A stretch of DNA of 64,000 nt from Eledone cirrhosa (GCA_964016885.1 OZ024754.1:5952001-6016000); one strand, 5' to 3'; counted from the first letter of the stretch, positions 43,766 to 60,255 are shown. Notes: generated by a model from the sequence alone, not told the origin. Numbers and translations: made by a program.

Positions 43766-44167
43766 TTTGCTCGTGATAATGGTGATGTGAGGAGAATATT
43801 TTGGTGTGAGACACGAAGAAGATGTAAAAGAGAACCGTAACGAAATTCAGGCGTGGTGAGTGGGGGGGAGGGGGGGGGGGTCATGGTGTGGTGTTCGCTA
43901 AATGCTGAAAAATAGTAGGGGCCCTGGAGATATCGGAGGGCGCTGGCGGCAATCGTGGCATCCTGAGAGTCTAAGAGCGAACGGACATCTGCTGCCCCAA
44001 AACTGGAAAGGAAATATTCTTAAGGGAGCAAGACAAGAAGGAGAGGAGAGATGTGGTGAAAACGAAGGAGAGGATGAGGGGAGAAAGAATTGCTTCCATG
44101 ATTGTTCCCAGATAGAAATTGATAAGGTGGTGGTGGGGATGTTGGATGAGAGAGAGAGAGAGAGAGG

Positions 44168-44199
<32 letters not shown>

Positions 44200-44313
44200 G
44201 GGAGAAGTATTGTGAAGGATGTGTAAAGGTTCCGATGATGGCTAGCCTATCGGCTCCCCAGGAAGAAAGTATCAATATGGGAAGAGATGGTTGGAAAAGA
44301 AAACTGTATATCA

Positions 44314-44393
<80 letters not shown>

Positions 44394-44501
44394 ATTTCAT
44401 TTTTTCCGTTTATATATATATATATATATATAATATATATATGTAATATATATATATAATATATATATATATATTTGTGTGTGTACATATATAAATATTA
44501 A

Positions 44502-44552
<51 letters not shown>

Positions 44553-44700
44553 TATATATATAATATATATATAATATATATATATATAATATATATATAT
44601 ATTTGTGTGTGTACATATATAAATATGCATGTGCGTGTGTGTATATATATATATAATATATATATATAATATATATATATAATATATATATATATAATAT

Positions 44701-44733
<33 letters not shown>

Positions 44734-44766
44734 TAGTGTGTGTGTACATATATAAATATGCATGTG

Positions 44767-44811
<45 letters not shown>

Positions 44812-44994
44812 TATAATATATATATATATATTTGTATGTGTGTACATATATAAATATGCATGTCTGTGTGTATATATATGGGAGTTTGTATGCGTCTGTA
44901 TGAATACGTATACATATTTATAAATATATGTATATATAGATATATATTATGTGTGCGTGTGTACATATAGTTATGTGTGTCTGTATATATATAG

Positions 44995-45049
<55 letters not shown>

Positions 45050-45108
45050 TAATAATTATGCAACGTATGTATCCGACCAATTATTCTAGCAGCAGCAGCA
45101 GCAGTAGC

Positions 45109-45186
<78 letters not shown>

Positions 45187-45254
45187 GGTGGTGGTGGCGG
45201 TGGTGGTAGTAGTGGTGGTAGTAGTGGTGGTGGCGGTGGTGGTGGTAGTAGTAC

Positions 45255-45326
<72 letters not shown>

Positions 45327-45718
45327 CCGCCGTCGTTGTCGTCGTCGTGGTAGCAGCAGCAGCAGCAGGAGGGGGGGGGGGGGGTTGAGTAGGGGGGGGG
45401 GGGAGCTGAAATGAAATGATTTTAAAAGTAAGAGGGAAAAAAAAGAAAGCAAGTGTTGAGGTGAAATGTTTGTTAGATGATTCCATCAACGAGGTAATGT
45501 TCCGAGTTTCAAAGACAGGATTAACGAGATCCAGTGGCATGGTGTTCATAAGGGATTACTGGGTAGATTTGAAGAATGGTGACAGGGTGTAGTGTTGGTG
45601 TATAGGGGTATATGACAGTATAGGGGAGGGTGGAAAATAAAAGGGCTACTATACTATATAACTAGGGACTAAGTTTCATACTGAATTACACACGTCATAT
45701 ATATATATATATATATAA

Positions 45719-45756
<38 letters not shown>

Positions 45757-45987
45757 CAAAATCTATAATATATATATATAGATAAATCTAACAAATTACA
45801 CACGTATATGATATACATACCAACACACACATATATATTCTAGAAACGATCGTAAAATGATGAATCTTTTAATATAAGGAACTGTTTCTTTGTTTTTATT
45901 CATTATTTTTATTAATTTATATATATATATATACGGCGATGAATTAATTTTGCGAGGTTTTTGATATGAAATCCTGTGTCGAAACAA

Positions 45988-46351
<364 letters not shown>

Positions 46352-46570
46352 GTTCTATTTAAATTGTTGGGATACAACAAGCAAATATTTTTATAACTGA
46401 TATAAAGCACTCAACGAATAATTGGAGTAAAAATACGATATTAACAAATGGAAACTATATTTATAAAACCATATTTATTTCATTATACATATTTCCGGTA
46501 GCTTCCAACAGTAATGGTTGCATTCTTTAAGGGTATGTCAATATTTATTTATAAAACTGGTCTATATTAT

Positions 46571-46633
46571 ATTTTATCTGATGAAAGCACACCATAATTT
46601 AACTTGGTGTCCTTGAAATATGTATAATGAAAT
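46571..46633 (+). ncRNA. Hammerhead ribozyme candidate (type I), intact core
   Basis: ATTTTAT-CTGATGA-AAGcACACCA...TGGTGTcCTT-GAAA-TATGTA-TA-ATGAAAT; inverted partial copy at 46439-46495. Confidence 0.78.
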
Positions 46634-46665
46634 AAATATGGTTTTATAAATATAGTTTCCATTTG

Positions 46666-46742
<77 letters not shown>

Positions 46743-46758
46743 TATATATATATGGTAT

Positions 46759-46811
<53 letters not shown>

Positions 46812-47063
46812 GTATATATATATATAAGACCCCATTCGGGTTTCATCTAGAAAGATCCCCTTCGAGACACAAGCCCAGGCAAGTTAGTTCGTGTATATAT
46901 CCACCCCACCCATCCCTACAATCTTTCTAATTTCTCATCCTTTCTTCTGGTGAATGACTAGAGTCCGAAACGTTGAGACGCTCTTCCTGGTATTTCACCT
47001 ATTTCAATCGTTAATTCATTCCATATACTGTACCGATTGTGTTGTTATTTCTGTTTACCTTTT

Positions 47064-47090
<27 letters not shown>

Positions 47091-47094
<4 letters not shown>

Positions 47095-47295
47095 GGAACG
47101 AGTAGGACCTCGACGGCTGAGCTCAAGCCGTTTCGACGGCTAATTATGGACTCAGAGTCCATAATTAGCCGTCGAAACGACTTGAGCTCAGCCGTCGGGG
47201 TCCTACTCATTCCTATTACCCACTCTACTACCCTAAGTATTGAGTACTTTGGTGCGTTATGGTCCATCTGGTTCCTTACCACAATTCCTTTGTTA
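47091..47295 (+). mobile_element. PLE-like terminal fragment, family P-A, with fold-back palindrome
   Basis: Palindrome centred near 47154 (TGGACTC-A-GAGTCCA). Confidence 0.75.
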
Positions 47296-48414
47296 TATAT
47301 ATATATATATATACATATATATATACATATATATATACATATACATACATACTTATATATACATATATAGACACATATACAAACATATACATGCATGCAT
47401 ACATACATACATATGTACATATATACATATATACGTATGTGTGTGTGTATGAATAGGATTTCGTCAGACGTGGACACGGATGGGTGACAGAGCTGAAAGA
47501 TGTGACAGTGACAGAGATGACTATGTTGATATTAATAAAATTATTTAACGATGAAGCAAGAGTTAGAGTAATGATACGAAGACAGAATCACTTCATGTTA
47601 TCGCATATATATCTTGGCCCCCGCCATTTTGTTCACCTTCCTTTTCACCCTCACATGCGATATTTCCAATATTACATTTAGAACGAAACCTCGGTTTGAT
47701 GACATAGGGGGCCATATGAACAATTTCGTCGTCTTTATAGTACATGATAATTCTATTTAGAAATATTTGGGGACCTTTTCATTTCTTTACTATGACCCCT
47801 TGCAAATGATGGTTGAGACGGAAGCTTGACTAAACGTCTTCGATTCTAGAAAGATGTTACGTGGAGGAGTAGGTGGGGGGTTTGTTGTAGGATGGTAAGG
47901 GGATAGGGGAGGAGGAGGAGGAGGAGGAGGGGGTAGGAGAGGAGGAGGGGTGGGGGGGGGGGTCAAATTGATAAATTAAGAGACGGCATGAAATGAAAAG
48001 ATGGCTTCTAGATAGATCCGTTCTGATTATATTGGCGTGTGAACGGAAAGTAAAGACGTATTAAAGTAATATAATAGCGCTGATTGGATGTGGAGCAGGG
48101 GCGTGTTTGTGTTGGTGTAGTGGTGGGGATTTAGCCAGATAAGGGTCACAGATACTGAGACAGAAATTGAGAGAATTAGAGAGGAATATATGACAGGAGA
48201 GCGACATTGGTGAACAAATAAAGAGACCAATGGATGGATGGATAGAAAGTTAGTTAAATGGTGGCGCTGATGTTGATTAGAGTGATGGTGGTAGTGATGA
48301 TGATAATGACAACGATGACAGTTGTAGGAAATGAAAGAACAACAACACCATCATCAACAACAAGAGTAAACAATAATGCAGTCATAATTTCTTAAATCCT
48401 TTCACTTCATCTAA

Positions 48415-49345
48415 TTCGTTCTCTACATCTTATATCTAGTTCTCTACAACTTGTAACTAGTTCTCTACATCTTATATCTAGTTCTCTACAACTTGTAACT
48501 AGTTCTCTACATCTTATATCTAGTTCTCTACATCTTGTATCTAGTTCTCTACATCTGGTAACTAGTTCTCTACATCTTATATCTAGTTCTCTACATCTTA
48601 TATCTAGTTCTCTACAACTTGTAACTAGTTATCTACATCTTATATCTAGTTCTCTAAATCTTGTATCTAGTTCTCTACATCTTGTATCTAGTTCTCTACA
48701 TCTTATATCTAGTTCTCTACATCTTATATCTAGTTCTCTACATCTTGTATCGAGTTCTCTACATCTTATATCTAGTTCTCTACATCATATATCTAGTTCT
48801 CTACATCTTATATCTAGTTCTCTACATCTTGTATCGAGTTCTCTACATCTTGTATCGAGTTCTCTACAACTTGTAACTAGTTCTCTACATCTTCTAACTA
48901 GATCTCTACATCTTCTAACTAGTTCTCTACATCTGGTAACTAGTTCTCTACATCTTCTAACTATATCTCTACATCTTGTAACTAGTTCTCTACATCTTCT
49001 AACTAGTTCTCTACATCTTATAACTAGTTCTCTACATCTTCTAACTAGATCTCTACATCTTCTAACTAGATCTCTACATCTTGTAACTAGTTCTCTACAT
49101 CTTCTAACTAGATCTCTACATCTTGTATCGAGTTCTCTACAACTTGTAACTAGATCTCTACATCTTCTAACTAATACTCTACATCTTCTAACTAGTTCTC
49201 TACATCTTCTAACTAGTTCTCTACATCTTCTAACTAGTTCTCTACAACTTGTAACTAGATCTCTACATCTTCTAACTAGTTCTCTACATCTTCTAACTAG
49301 TTCTCTACATCTTCTAACTAGTTCTCTACATCTTCTAACTAGTTC
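48415..49345. repeat. 21-bp minisatellite, ~44 units
   Basis: CTAGTTCTCTACATCTT(ATAT/GTAA/CTAA). Confidence 0.97.
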
Positions 49346-49511
49346 AGTATATATATTATATATATTTCTCTGCTTCTATATCATACAAACAGTTAGTGTC
49401 ATTATTATTCGTTCGCTAAATCACAGTTTGATTCATGAGTGTATACAAATGTGCCAGTGTGTATGTATGTATGTATGTATGTATGTATGTGTGTGTGTAT
49501 GTGTGTACATG

Positions 49512-49568
<57 letters not shown>

Positions 49569-50000
49569 ATACATATGTATATATCCAACATACAAGTGTG
49601 TGTGTATGTGTTTGTGTGTACGTGTGTGTGTGTGTTTCCGTCTGTCACATACACAAATGCACACACATACACATACATACCCCGCTCACTTTCAGTTTCT
49701 ATGACACCCAATCATGCCAGACGTTAATATTTTGAATCTATTTCTATTGTTGCCCCTATTTTAATCGTTTACATACCTCATTACCCTCCTTCCCCCTCAC
49801 TTTACCCTCTTTTAACACCCTATTCCCCTCACTACTCCTCCCCTTTCTTGTCTAATTCTTTAACCTTCTCATCAAACTCTCCCTTCTCCACTCTCTCCTT
49901 CTCTTCCCTTCCTCCCACTACAGTTCTCTCTTTTCTTCTCTCGGCCTTTCCCTTTCCCTCCTCCCAACAACAGTCTCCTTTATCATTAATACACACCTAC

Positions 50001-50054
<54 letters not shown>

Positions 50055-50399
50055 TCTTTCTCTTCCCCCGAATTGTCCCTCTCTCCGTCAGTCTATCTAT
50101 CTCTCCTTTTCTTTCTTTTTTTCTCTCTCAGTCTATCCTTGTCTACCTCAGTCTATCTCCCCTCTTTTTTCTTCCATCTCTCACAGTCTCTCTCTCCCTC
50201 AGTCTCTCTCTCTCTTTCCTTCCATCTCTCTCTCTCTCTCTCCCTCAGTCTATCTCTTCCTCTCTCTCTTTCCTTCCATCTCTCTCTCTTCTCTCAGTCT
50301 ATCTCTTCCTCTCTCCTTCCTTCCATCTCTCGCTCCTCTCTCAGTCTATCTCTTCCTCTCTCTTTCCTACCGTCTCTCTCTCAGTCTATCTCTTCCTCT

Positions 50400-50447
<48 letters not shown>

Positions 50448-51175
50448 TCTCTCAACTCTTCTTCCCGGTTTCCACAGCTCACACTCTCATTATTTCATTC
50501 TCTTCAACTCAATCTTTCACTCACTCCTATTCTACCTTCCCTTCCTTCCCCCCTCCCTCTCCTCTCTCACTCTCTCTCGCCTCCCCCCCCCCCTGTCCCC
50601 TATGTCTCAACCCACCCACCCTTTTCATCGCTTCTCTTAATGTTCATATTATCACCGTAATGTTGCCTGTCCCCGTTTAACCCCAACATTCGCTAGCGGG
50701 GCCGTGACTGGTCTGAGAAAACCCATTTAGCGAACGAAAAGGATCGTTTTATAAACTATAATGAGTTCAGTGATAACAGAGAACTGGGGTAAATAGCTGC
50801 CGTGGTGATAGTGAATCGGGTAAATATCCACACCTAATCAAATATTATCTGGCGCCGTGCAACTAAATGAAATATCGTGTCCCTAACAGCAGATTCACCG
50901 AGGAAACAGTCGGTTGTATTCCATAGCGGCGTTTTAAAGTTCCAATAACGTGCCTAGTGGTTGTCTGTCTCTCTTTCTTTCTTGGTGGTTTAAGATGGCT
51001 GACTGTCTTTCCGTTTAGTTCGATATGTATTTAGAAATATATATATATAAGAGATATATTAAACCGTTGTGAGGTAGTTGGGTTTCGAGGGTGGAGGGCG
51101 GGAGGGGAGAGGGGGGTTATTAAAACTGTTGTGGAAGTTAGGTTATTGATTAGTTTATTAAGTTAATTCTATGCC

Positions 51176-51250
<75 letters not shown>

Positions 51251-51393
51251 ATAATAATAAAATTGAAGACTAAAATCCAAAGAGGGCTCGTTAAGGGTGA
51301 AAGCAGCGATTCTTTGCTTAAACTTTAATCTGTTATTTTAATAAATATACATATATATTTATATATATATTATTTTTTTTTTTTTTTTTAATA

Positions 51394-51564
51394 TAGAAGA
51401 GCTTCTACATGACTAGAACTGTTTCATTCGTGAGAAATCATGATGATTTCTCACGAATTAAACAGTTCTAGTCCTGTAGAAGCTCTTCTATAATAAAACA
51501 TTTATACTCTGCTATGTATTGAGTACCTCACTTACTGTGGTTACCTCCGATTCAACCGGAATAA

Positions 51565-51567
<3 letters not shown>
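51394..51567 (+). mobile_element. Family P-B fragment with fold-back palindrome; another at 51924-52060
   Basis: Centre GAGAAATCA-TGA-TGATTTCTC; the second copy carries CTGATGA...GAAAC on the minus strand. Confidence 0.75.
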
Positions 51568-51617
<50 letters not shown>

Positions 51618-51654
51618 ATAATAATAAAATTGAAGACTAAAATCCAGAGAGGGC

Positions 51655-51738
<84 letters not shown>

Positions 51739-52058
51739 ATACTTGGGTAGGGTCATATTGTTGTAATAATATTGCCAGAAATAATAACGGAAAACACTCA
51801 CTGTTTGGTTGGTTTTCGCTTTCTGTATCTTTTATATCTCCACAGTTAATTCATTCGGTCCTTAATGTTTATCATTGACTGACTAACGGTCAAAAATACA
51901 CATATAATATAGATATAAACACATGGCTTCTACAGGGCTAGAACTGTTTCATTCGGAGATCATCAGTTCTAGCCTTGTAGAAGCCATTTCTATATTAAAT
52001 ATTTATACTCTGCTATGTATTGAGTACCTTACTGTGGTTACTCCCGATTGAACCCGGG

Positions 52059-52129
<71 letters not shown>

Positions 52130-52134
<5 letters not shown>

Positions 52135-52233
52135 GCAGTCCCAAAATATGTATACATGCTTTTGATTACCTGTACAGGCCATATTTATTAGAATGCTGTT
52201 GCAGTTGTATACATATTTTGGGGACAACCTGTA
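52130..52233. mobile_element. Tc1/mariner-type MITE
   Basis: TACAGG..TCCCAAAATATGTATACA / TGTATACATATTTTGGGGA..CCTGTA. Confidence 0.78.
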
Positions 52234-52679
52234 TATGTACCATATATATAGGTAAGTATATATATGTATACATAGACTCACAGAGACACACATCGCAGTG
52301 TTAACCCCAAGTATTGCTGTACTCATTTTCAGCTGAGTATAATGGAGAACCATGAAATGAAGCGCTTTACTCAGAACACAACACACAACCCAGTCCAGAA
52401 ATTGAACCCTTGACATTTAGATCGTATGTCCAACACCTTAACCACTTGGCTATAGGCTTTCACATGATATATTAAGCAAGTGTTTGGGGGCTTTTATAGC
52501 ATAATTTGGGGTTTCATGCAATCCTTCGGAGTGAAATTTGATAGACAGAAACTGCGTAGTGTCCTTCCAAAGGATTGTATCATTGTACCTGTATTCCAAA
52601 TAGCCAGCCTTGTAACATTTTGTGTTATGCTGAATCTCCCTGAGAATTATGTCAAAGATTCATGAGTCCGTAGAATGAT

Positions 52680-52893
52680 TTCTTGTTATAGGCACATGGC
52701 CAGTAATTTTTTTGGGGGGGCAAAGTCGATTAAATCCACCCCAGTGCGTGACTGGTACTTTATTTTTTCGACCCCGTAAGGATGAAAGGCAAAGTTGACC
52801 TCGGCAGGATTTGAACTCAGACCGTAAAGGGCCGCAACTCTATGTCGCAAGGCATGGTATCCGACTCTCTACCGATACTGCCATTCCACCGCC
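52680..52893 (-). mobile_element. Meta-like SINE nested in a degenerate plus-strand CORE-like SINE (~52570-53002); minus CORE-like SINE at 52300-52462
   Basis: Family motifs; the host SINE body continues on both sides. Confidence 0.8.
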
Positions 52894-53240
52894 ACTAGTA
52901 TCACCAATAATCACCACTTAGATATTAATCCATGAGCCTGCCGTTCAGCTGATCGAATTACCGAATTACTGAATACTCGTCGTCGAAATCGACCGAGGAT
53001 CCATTACTGCTTTGTAAAAATAGGAAGGAGACATTTGACAATGTATCCATTGATATAAAATCCAAAAAGGATGGTCAAGTCTGAACCACGTTCGATCATA
53101 GTATTACATGATCTGAGTTGACCTGGGGCTAAGTAACAACATAGATTCCATTTTATGTTGAATAGCAACAGAAAAAGGGAGTGAACTGACACCATACTTT
53201 AACAATGGCCAGGTAACAATATGCTGTTTAAGGGATTGTG

Positions 53241-53330
<90 letters not shown>

Positions 53331-53371
53331 TAATATATGTATGTATATATATATATATGAATGTGTGTGTA

Positions 53372-53404
<33 letters not shown>

Positions 53405-53468
53405 GCATATATATATATATGTTATGGAATACTGTTAGCTTCTCGCTAAAACAATTTCTATACCTTTC

Positions 53469-53534
<66 letters not shown>

Positions 53535-53562
53535 GTATGTATGTATGTGTATATATATATGC

Positions 53563-53593
<31 letters not shown>

Positions 53594-53800
53594 TGAATGT
53601 ATATATATATATATGTGTGTGTGTGTTTTGTGCGTGTGTGTCTGTGTGTGTGCGTAAGTGTGTGGTTGAAGAATGAGGTTGACACTATATTAGAAGAGGC
53701 GTGTTTAACAAAGTATCAACTTTGGTGAGGGCCACGGGCGCCATTTTGTATAGTGATTCAACCCATATCTGTTATTAAACAAAATTACGCGGCTGTATAG

Positions 53801-53868
<68 letters not shown>

Positions 53869-53958
53869 AGAATAAGAATAAGAAGAAAGCAAGAACGGGG
53901 GCGGAGTTTTCCTCATCAGTTGTCTACTGGGGGTCTCGCATATTTCAACGCTTTAAAG

Positions 53959-54012
<54 letters not shown>

Positions 54013-54470
54013 AAATTTCCAAAAAGCGAATGAAACCTCATGGGGTAGAAACATAATTTTGGTATGCTTATATACATTTTTTCTTCTAACTTTGATTTTA
54101 TACCTAATTGTGTATGGTTGACGATATATTTAATCGATTTCCACGTGCTATTAGAAATGCTGGGTAAATATTCTATAACCCTTGATCGTGGATAGATAGC
54201 TGTCGTTTATTTATCTATTATTTCTTCATAGGTGCCTTTTAATCTTATAGCCTTGTTTAATTGTTTTTTTGTGTGGTTGATTATGCTGATTGGGAGAGGA
54301 GATGGTGTATATATTTTATCAAATGATTCTATGGACATACTTTATTGTATATTGCTCTGATTGTTGATTATTTAATTAATTAATTCGTCATTGAGCCACA
54401 TCGTAAATGGTTGCTAAAAACACACATATATATATATCTATGACTTTGTCTAGTTTATGTATATGTAAAT

Positions 54471-54512
<42 letters not shown>

Positions 54513-54539
54513 GCGTATGTATATACATATATATATGTA

Positions 54540-54611
<72 letters not shown>

Positions 54612-54884
54612 CATGTATATATATGTATATATATATATGTATGTATGTATATGGTCAATGTGTGTTTGGCTTAGTGTTCAGAGCATTGGAGGACGTCGGC
54701 GGTATTTGAGCTCAGCTCAGATTGCTGGCTCAAATCTCGACGTCCTAACACTTGGTCAAATCTCCGCCTTAAAGTGTGGAGGAGGATGAAATGGGAAAAG
54801 TGATTATGGCGGCGGCAGTGGAGTGTAAACATTAGAGGAAGAAACAAAGACTTTATATAAACACGTAAATAAACAGATAAGACA

Positions 54885-55390
54885 TTACGTGTTAATGTGC
54901 AAATGTGTTTATGTGTTAATGTGTTTATGTGTTAATGTATTTATGTGTTAATGTATTTATGTGTTAATGTGTTAATGTGCCTGTGTTAATGTGTTTATGT
55001 GTTAATGTGTTTATGTGTTAATGTGCAAATGTGTTAATGTGTTAATGTGTTTATGTGTTTATGTGTTAATGTGTTAATGTGTTTATGTGTTAATGTGCAA
55101 ATGTGTTTATGTGTTAATGTGATTTTGTGTTAATGTATTTATATATTTGTGTTTATGTGATAATGTGTTAATGTGTTAATGTGATTTTGTGTTAAAGTAT
55201 TTATGTTTATGTGTTTATGTGTTAATGTGTTAATGTGATTATGTGTTAATGTGTTTGTTTTTATGCGTTAATCTGTTTATTTATTTATTTATGTGTTTAT
55301 TTATTTATGTCTTCATTTATGTTTATCTATTTATGTGTTAAGTGTTAATGTGTTAATGTGTCTATTTATATCTTTATGTGTTTATGTGTT
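54885..55390. repeat. 8-10-bp degenerate tandem repeat (ATGTGTTA/ATGTGTTT)
   Basis: Read directly from the sequence. Confidence 0.92.
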
Positions 55391-55540
55391 TATCTATTCA
55401 GCAATACTCTAAAACCAATATTTATACCATTCCAACTAGCAACCGTGAACTAACACGTGCAGTTTAATTCTTTAATCTGTCCAAACTTCCAGATAATTAT
55501 TATCTAGAAACTGACCTCTTTTACTAAATAACACAACTTT

Positions 55541-55612
<72 letters not shown>

Positions 55613-56316
55613 AGTATCAGAGAGAGAGAGTGTGTGTGGGTGAGGGAGAGCGGATGGGAGAGGGGGAGTGAGAGACGCATGCACAAACCTAGACATACAC
55701 ACTTATAGACACTGTTACACGCACACCCGCATTCTCACACACCTACATATTTGCATAGATACTGTGCATACCTGTATGTACTCACACATTCACCACGCAT
55801 GAATAATACACACGCACAAACACACACACACACACGCATACGTACTACATTATATATATATATATAGACACCCTATATATTTCCAGGGTTACTTAGTACC
55901 TGTGGGGATATTGATCTCCTTTTATATATTCTCCGTTATGTAGAGAACAAATCCGTTGTTTTATTTAGCTGCTATTTTTAGTGGCGTGATAGACAACACG
56001 TCTATGTTTACTTCCGCTTCTACTAAGGGCTGGTTCATGTGCAGGTCAAGTTTACGGCCTCATTCGATCCTGTACTAGCTGGCAGATAGCAATATATTTT
56101 GCCGTTCCTGGGACGTTTCTTCTAGGTAGGGAAAATGCTTTCTGAAGGTCCGAACATTTCCATTGGAAGTCCCTAGGATTTCCAATCTTTTGTGAAGTGA
56201 AACCGTCGGTAAAAGCAAAAGGAATAGGTGAATATTTAAATAATATTTTTTTAATTTATTTAAAAATTTTTTTTGAATCCTGCTTGCTCCGCTTATCTCA
56301 ATTATATATATATATA

Positions 56317-56418
<102 letters not shown>

Positions 56419-56959
56419 GTCATATTGTTATAATATTGTGCCAGGAATAATAGCAGAACACACTCACTGTTTGGTTGGTTATCGATTCTGTATCTTTTTA
56501 TATCTCCACAGTTAATTTATCTGTCAATCAATATTTATCATTGGTTGACAAACCAAAAAATATGGATATAAATATATATATATAGTCTATCAAAGTTCTT
56601 TCGCCACACATCTTGAGACCTGACTCTTTTCCTATTACCCACTCTACTACCATAAGTATCGAGTACTCTGGTGTGAGTGTGATACCACCTGGTATCTTCC
56701 CACACCCTTTTATATATATAGGATCGATCGACTTTCATCAAAGGACCGAGGAAACAATGTTTCCGTCGGTCTTTCCAATTGCTAATACTATCCATCGGTC
56801 GCAACTCCAGGTAGAAGGAGCAATGTGAAACAAAGTGTCTTGCTCAAGGACATAACGCATCGCCCAGTAATCGAACTCACAATCTCAAGATTGTGAATCA
56901 AATTCTCTAACCACTCAGCCACACGCATTCACCATGCATACATATACATATATATATAT

Positions 56960-57147
56960 ATAACGAAGGAAATGTGGTAAGGAACCAGGTGGACCATAAC
57001 GCACCAAAGTACTCAATACTTGGGGTAGTAGAGTGGGTAATAGGAACCAGTAAGACCCCGACGGCTGAGCTCAAGCCGTTTCGACGGCTAATTCAGAATT
57101 AGCCGTCGAAACGGCTTGAGCTCAGCCGTCGGGGTCTTACTTGTTCC

Positions 57148-57150
<3 letters not shown>
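56960..57150 (-). mobile_element. Family P-A palindromic fragment; near-identical copy at 57462-57651
   Basis: Centre GGCTAATTC-A-GAATTAGCC in both copies. Confidence 0.8.
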
Positions 57151-57219
<69 letters not shown>

Positions 57220-57241
57220 AGACATACATACATATATACAT

Positions 57242-57297
<56 letters not shown>

Positions 57298-57420
57298 ATA
57301 TATATAAATTAAAATAATAGATTAAAGTTTAAGCAAAGAATCGCTGCTTTCACTCTTCACGGGATCTTCTTTTGATATATATATATTATCCTTATCGAGC
57401 CCACTTCGGATTTTAGTCTT

Positions 57421-57465
<45 letters not shown>

Positions 57466-57651
57466 CGAAGGAAATGTGGTAAGGAACCAGGTGGACCATA
57501 ACGCACCAAAGTACTCAATACTTAGGGTAGTAGAGTGGGTAATAGGAACAAGTAAGACCCCGACGGCTGAGCTCAAGCCGTTTCGACGGCTAATTCAGAA
57601 TTAGCCGTCGAAACGGCTTGAGTTCAGCCGTCGGGGTCTTACTTGTTCCTA

Positions 57652-57701
<50 letters not shown>

Positions 57702-58369
57702 TAAATGAAAATGAAAACAAATGTGAATGTAAACGACCATTTAAAGCCATGTTACTCAGTTACAAAATGTTCTTTGATCGTGTAATTTCAGTGGAGACCT
57801 TTGACATATATCTATGGGACGTTAAAGTTAACCACTAGTCCTATTGCTACTTACTTAGGCAATGAAATCACCAATTAGCAGCTAACTAAATAACTACTTT
57901 ACATCATAGCGTACTAACGTAGGAAGATTTAGTGATCACAAACCTCAGCTATGTTGGTGGCCATGTTTGTGTGTGTTTGCGGTGGGGGGGTGTTATTACG
58001 TGTAAGTGAGGTTGTGTGTAAGTGTGTAAGTGTGTAAGTGTGTAAGTGTGTACACGTGAGTAATTGTGTAAGTGTGTGTGTAAGTGTGTGTAAGTGTGTG
58101 TAAGTGTGTGTAAGTGTGAGTGAGTGTGTGCGCTTGTGTTTGTGTGTATGTATGTGTGAATGTGAGTGTGTGCTTCTGTGTAAGTGTGTAAGTGTGTGCA
58201 GGTGTGTGTATATATGTGAATGTGAGTGTGTGTGAGGTTGTGTGCATGTGTGTGTGTGTGTGTGTGATCCTGCCTGGGAACTTTTAAAAGGTTCCGAGAT
58301 CATAAAAAACCGTTTAATTCGTAAGATTCTACTATTTGTTGCTTAGTTAGCCATGATGGCAGCTAGCCT

Positions 58370-58423
<54 letters not shown>

Positions 58424-58543
58424 TTGGTAGTGGTAGTAGTAGTAGTAATAGTAGTAGTAGTAGTCGTAGTAGTAGCAGCAGCAGCAGCAGCAGCAAAAGC
58501 AGTAACTGCTGTAGCGGTAGTAGTAGTAGTAGTAGCGTTGGTG

Positions 58544-58601
<58 letters not shown>

Positions 58602-58683
58602 CAGGAGCAGCAGCAACAGCAGTAACTGCTGTAGCGGTAGTAATACTAGTACTAGTAGTAGTAGTAGTAGTAGTAGTAGTAGC

Positions 58684-58717
<34 letters not shown>

Positions 58718-58846
58718 GCCAGGTGCTAATTGCCAGGTACATAATGACAGTTCTAACCTACACATGGTCTGCTGTGTATGGAACACTTCTGCACATAAAA
58801 CCAGTCATTCACAGAACAATTTAACAACTATACAGTCTACTGGTCA

Positions 58847-58927
<81 letters not shown>

Positions 58928-58944
58928 TGGTAGTGGTAGTAGTT

Positions 58945-58996
<52 letters not shown>

Positions 58997-60054
58997 TAGT
59001 GGTAGTGGTAGTGGTAGTGGTAGTAGTTGTAGTAGTAGTAGTGGTAGTGGTAGTGGACGGCTGGTGGTGAGGAGGTGCTGGTAGTGTTGGAGGTGCTGGT
59101 GGTGGTAGTGGTGGTGGTGGTGCTGGTGGTGGTAGTGGTGGTGGTGGTGGTGGTGGTGGTGGTAGTGATGGTGGTGGTGGTGGTGGTGGTGGCGTTGGCG
59201 CTTTTATTGGTGGTTGTGGTGGTAGTGGTGGTGGTGCTGGTGGTGGTGCTGGTGGTGGTGCTGGTGTTGGCGCTGTTAGTGGTGATAGTGGTGGTAGTGG
59301 TGGTAGTGGTGGTGGTGGTGCTGGTGGTGCTGGTGGTGGTAGTGGTGGTAGTGGTGGTGGTGGTGCTGGTGGTGGTAGTGGTGGTAGTGGTGGTGGTGGT
59401 GGTGCTGCTGTTAGTGGTGTTAGTGGTGGTAGTGGTGGTAGTGGTGGTGCTGGTGCTGGTGGTGCTGGTGGTGATGGCGCTGTTAGTGGTGGTAGTGGTG
59501 GTAGTGGTGGTAGTCATGCTGGTGGTGCTGGTGGTGCTGGTGGTGATGGCGTTGTTAGTGGTGGTAGTGGTGATAGTGGTGGTGGTGGTGCTGGTAGTGG
59601 TGGTGCTGGTGGTGGTGGTGGTGTTGGTGCTGTTAGTGGTGGTAGTGGTGGTAGTGGTGGTGGTGCTGGTGGTGCTGGTGGTGGTAGTGGTGGTAGTGGT
59701 GGTGGTGGTGGTGCTGCTGGTGGTGGTGGTGGTGTTGGCGCTGTTAGTGGTGGTAGTGGTGGTAGTGGTGGTGGTGCTGGTGGTGCTGGTGGTGGTAGTG
59801 GTGGTAGTGGTGGTGGTGGTGGTGCTGGTGGTGGTGTTGGCGCTACTAGTGGTAGTGGTAGTGGTGGGGGGAACATAGGTTAATTAAGTAAGGTTTTGTC
59901 TCCAATGGTCATGGTAACATTTGTACGAATTCCTTGTATTTCAGACTAGAATAATCTCTAGGTTTATCACTACAGCCAAATATATCAGAACCTACTTATT
60001 AATTTAGAATAACACACCAATGTCACTGACGTTCACTCTCTCTCTCTATCTCTC

Positions 60055-60114
<60 letters not shown>

Positions 60115-60255
60115 CTCTCTCTCTCTCACTCACTCTCTCTCTCTCTCTCTCGCTCTCTACCTCTCTCTCTCTTTGTCTCTGTCTCTCTCTCTCATTCTCT
60201 CTCTCTATTTCTCTCTCTCTTTCACTCTCTCTCTCTCTCTCTATCTATCTCTATC

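Noticed and set aside
43902-44130. Possible host exon
   Set aside because: No recognisable protein similarity, and the ORF runs into simple repeats.
54040-56200. Decayed retroelement coding fragments (54040-54420, 55880-56200)
   Set aside because: The frames I read have stops and no diagnostic motif; translated homology search is needed.
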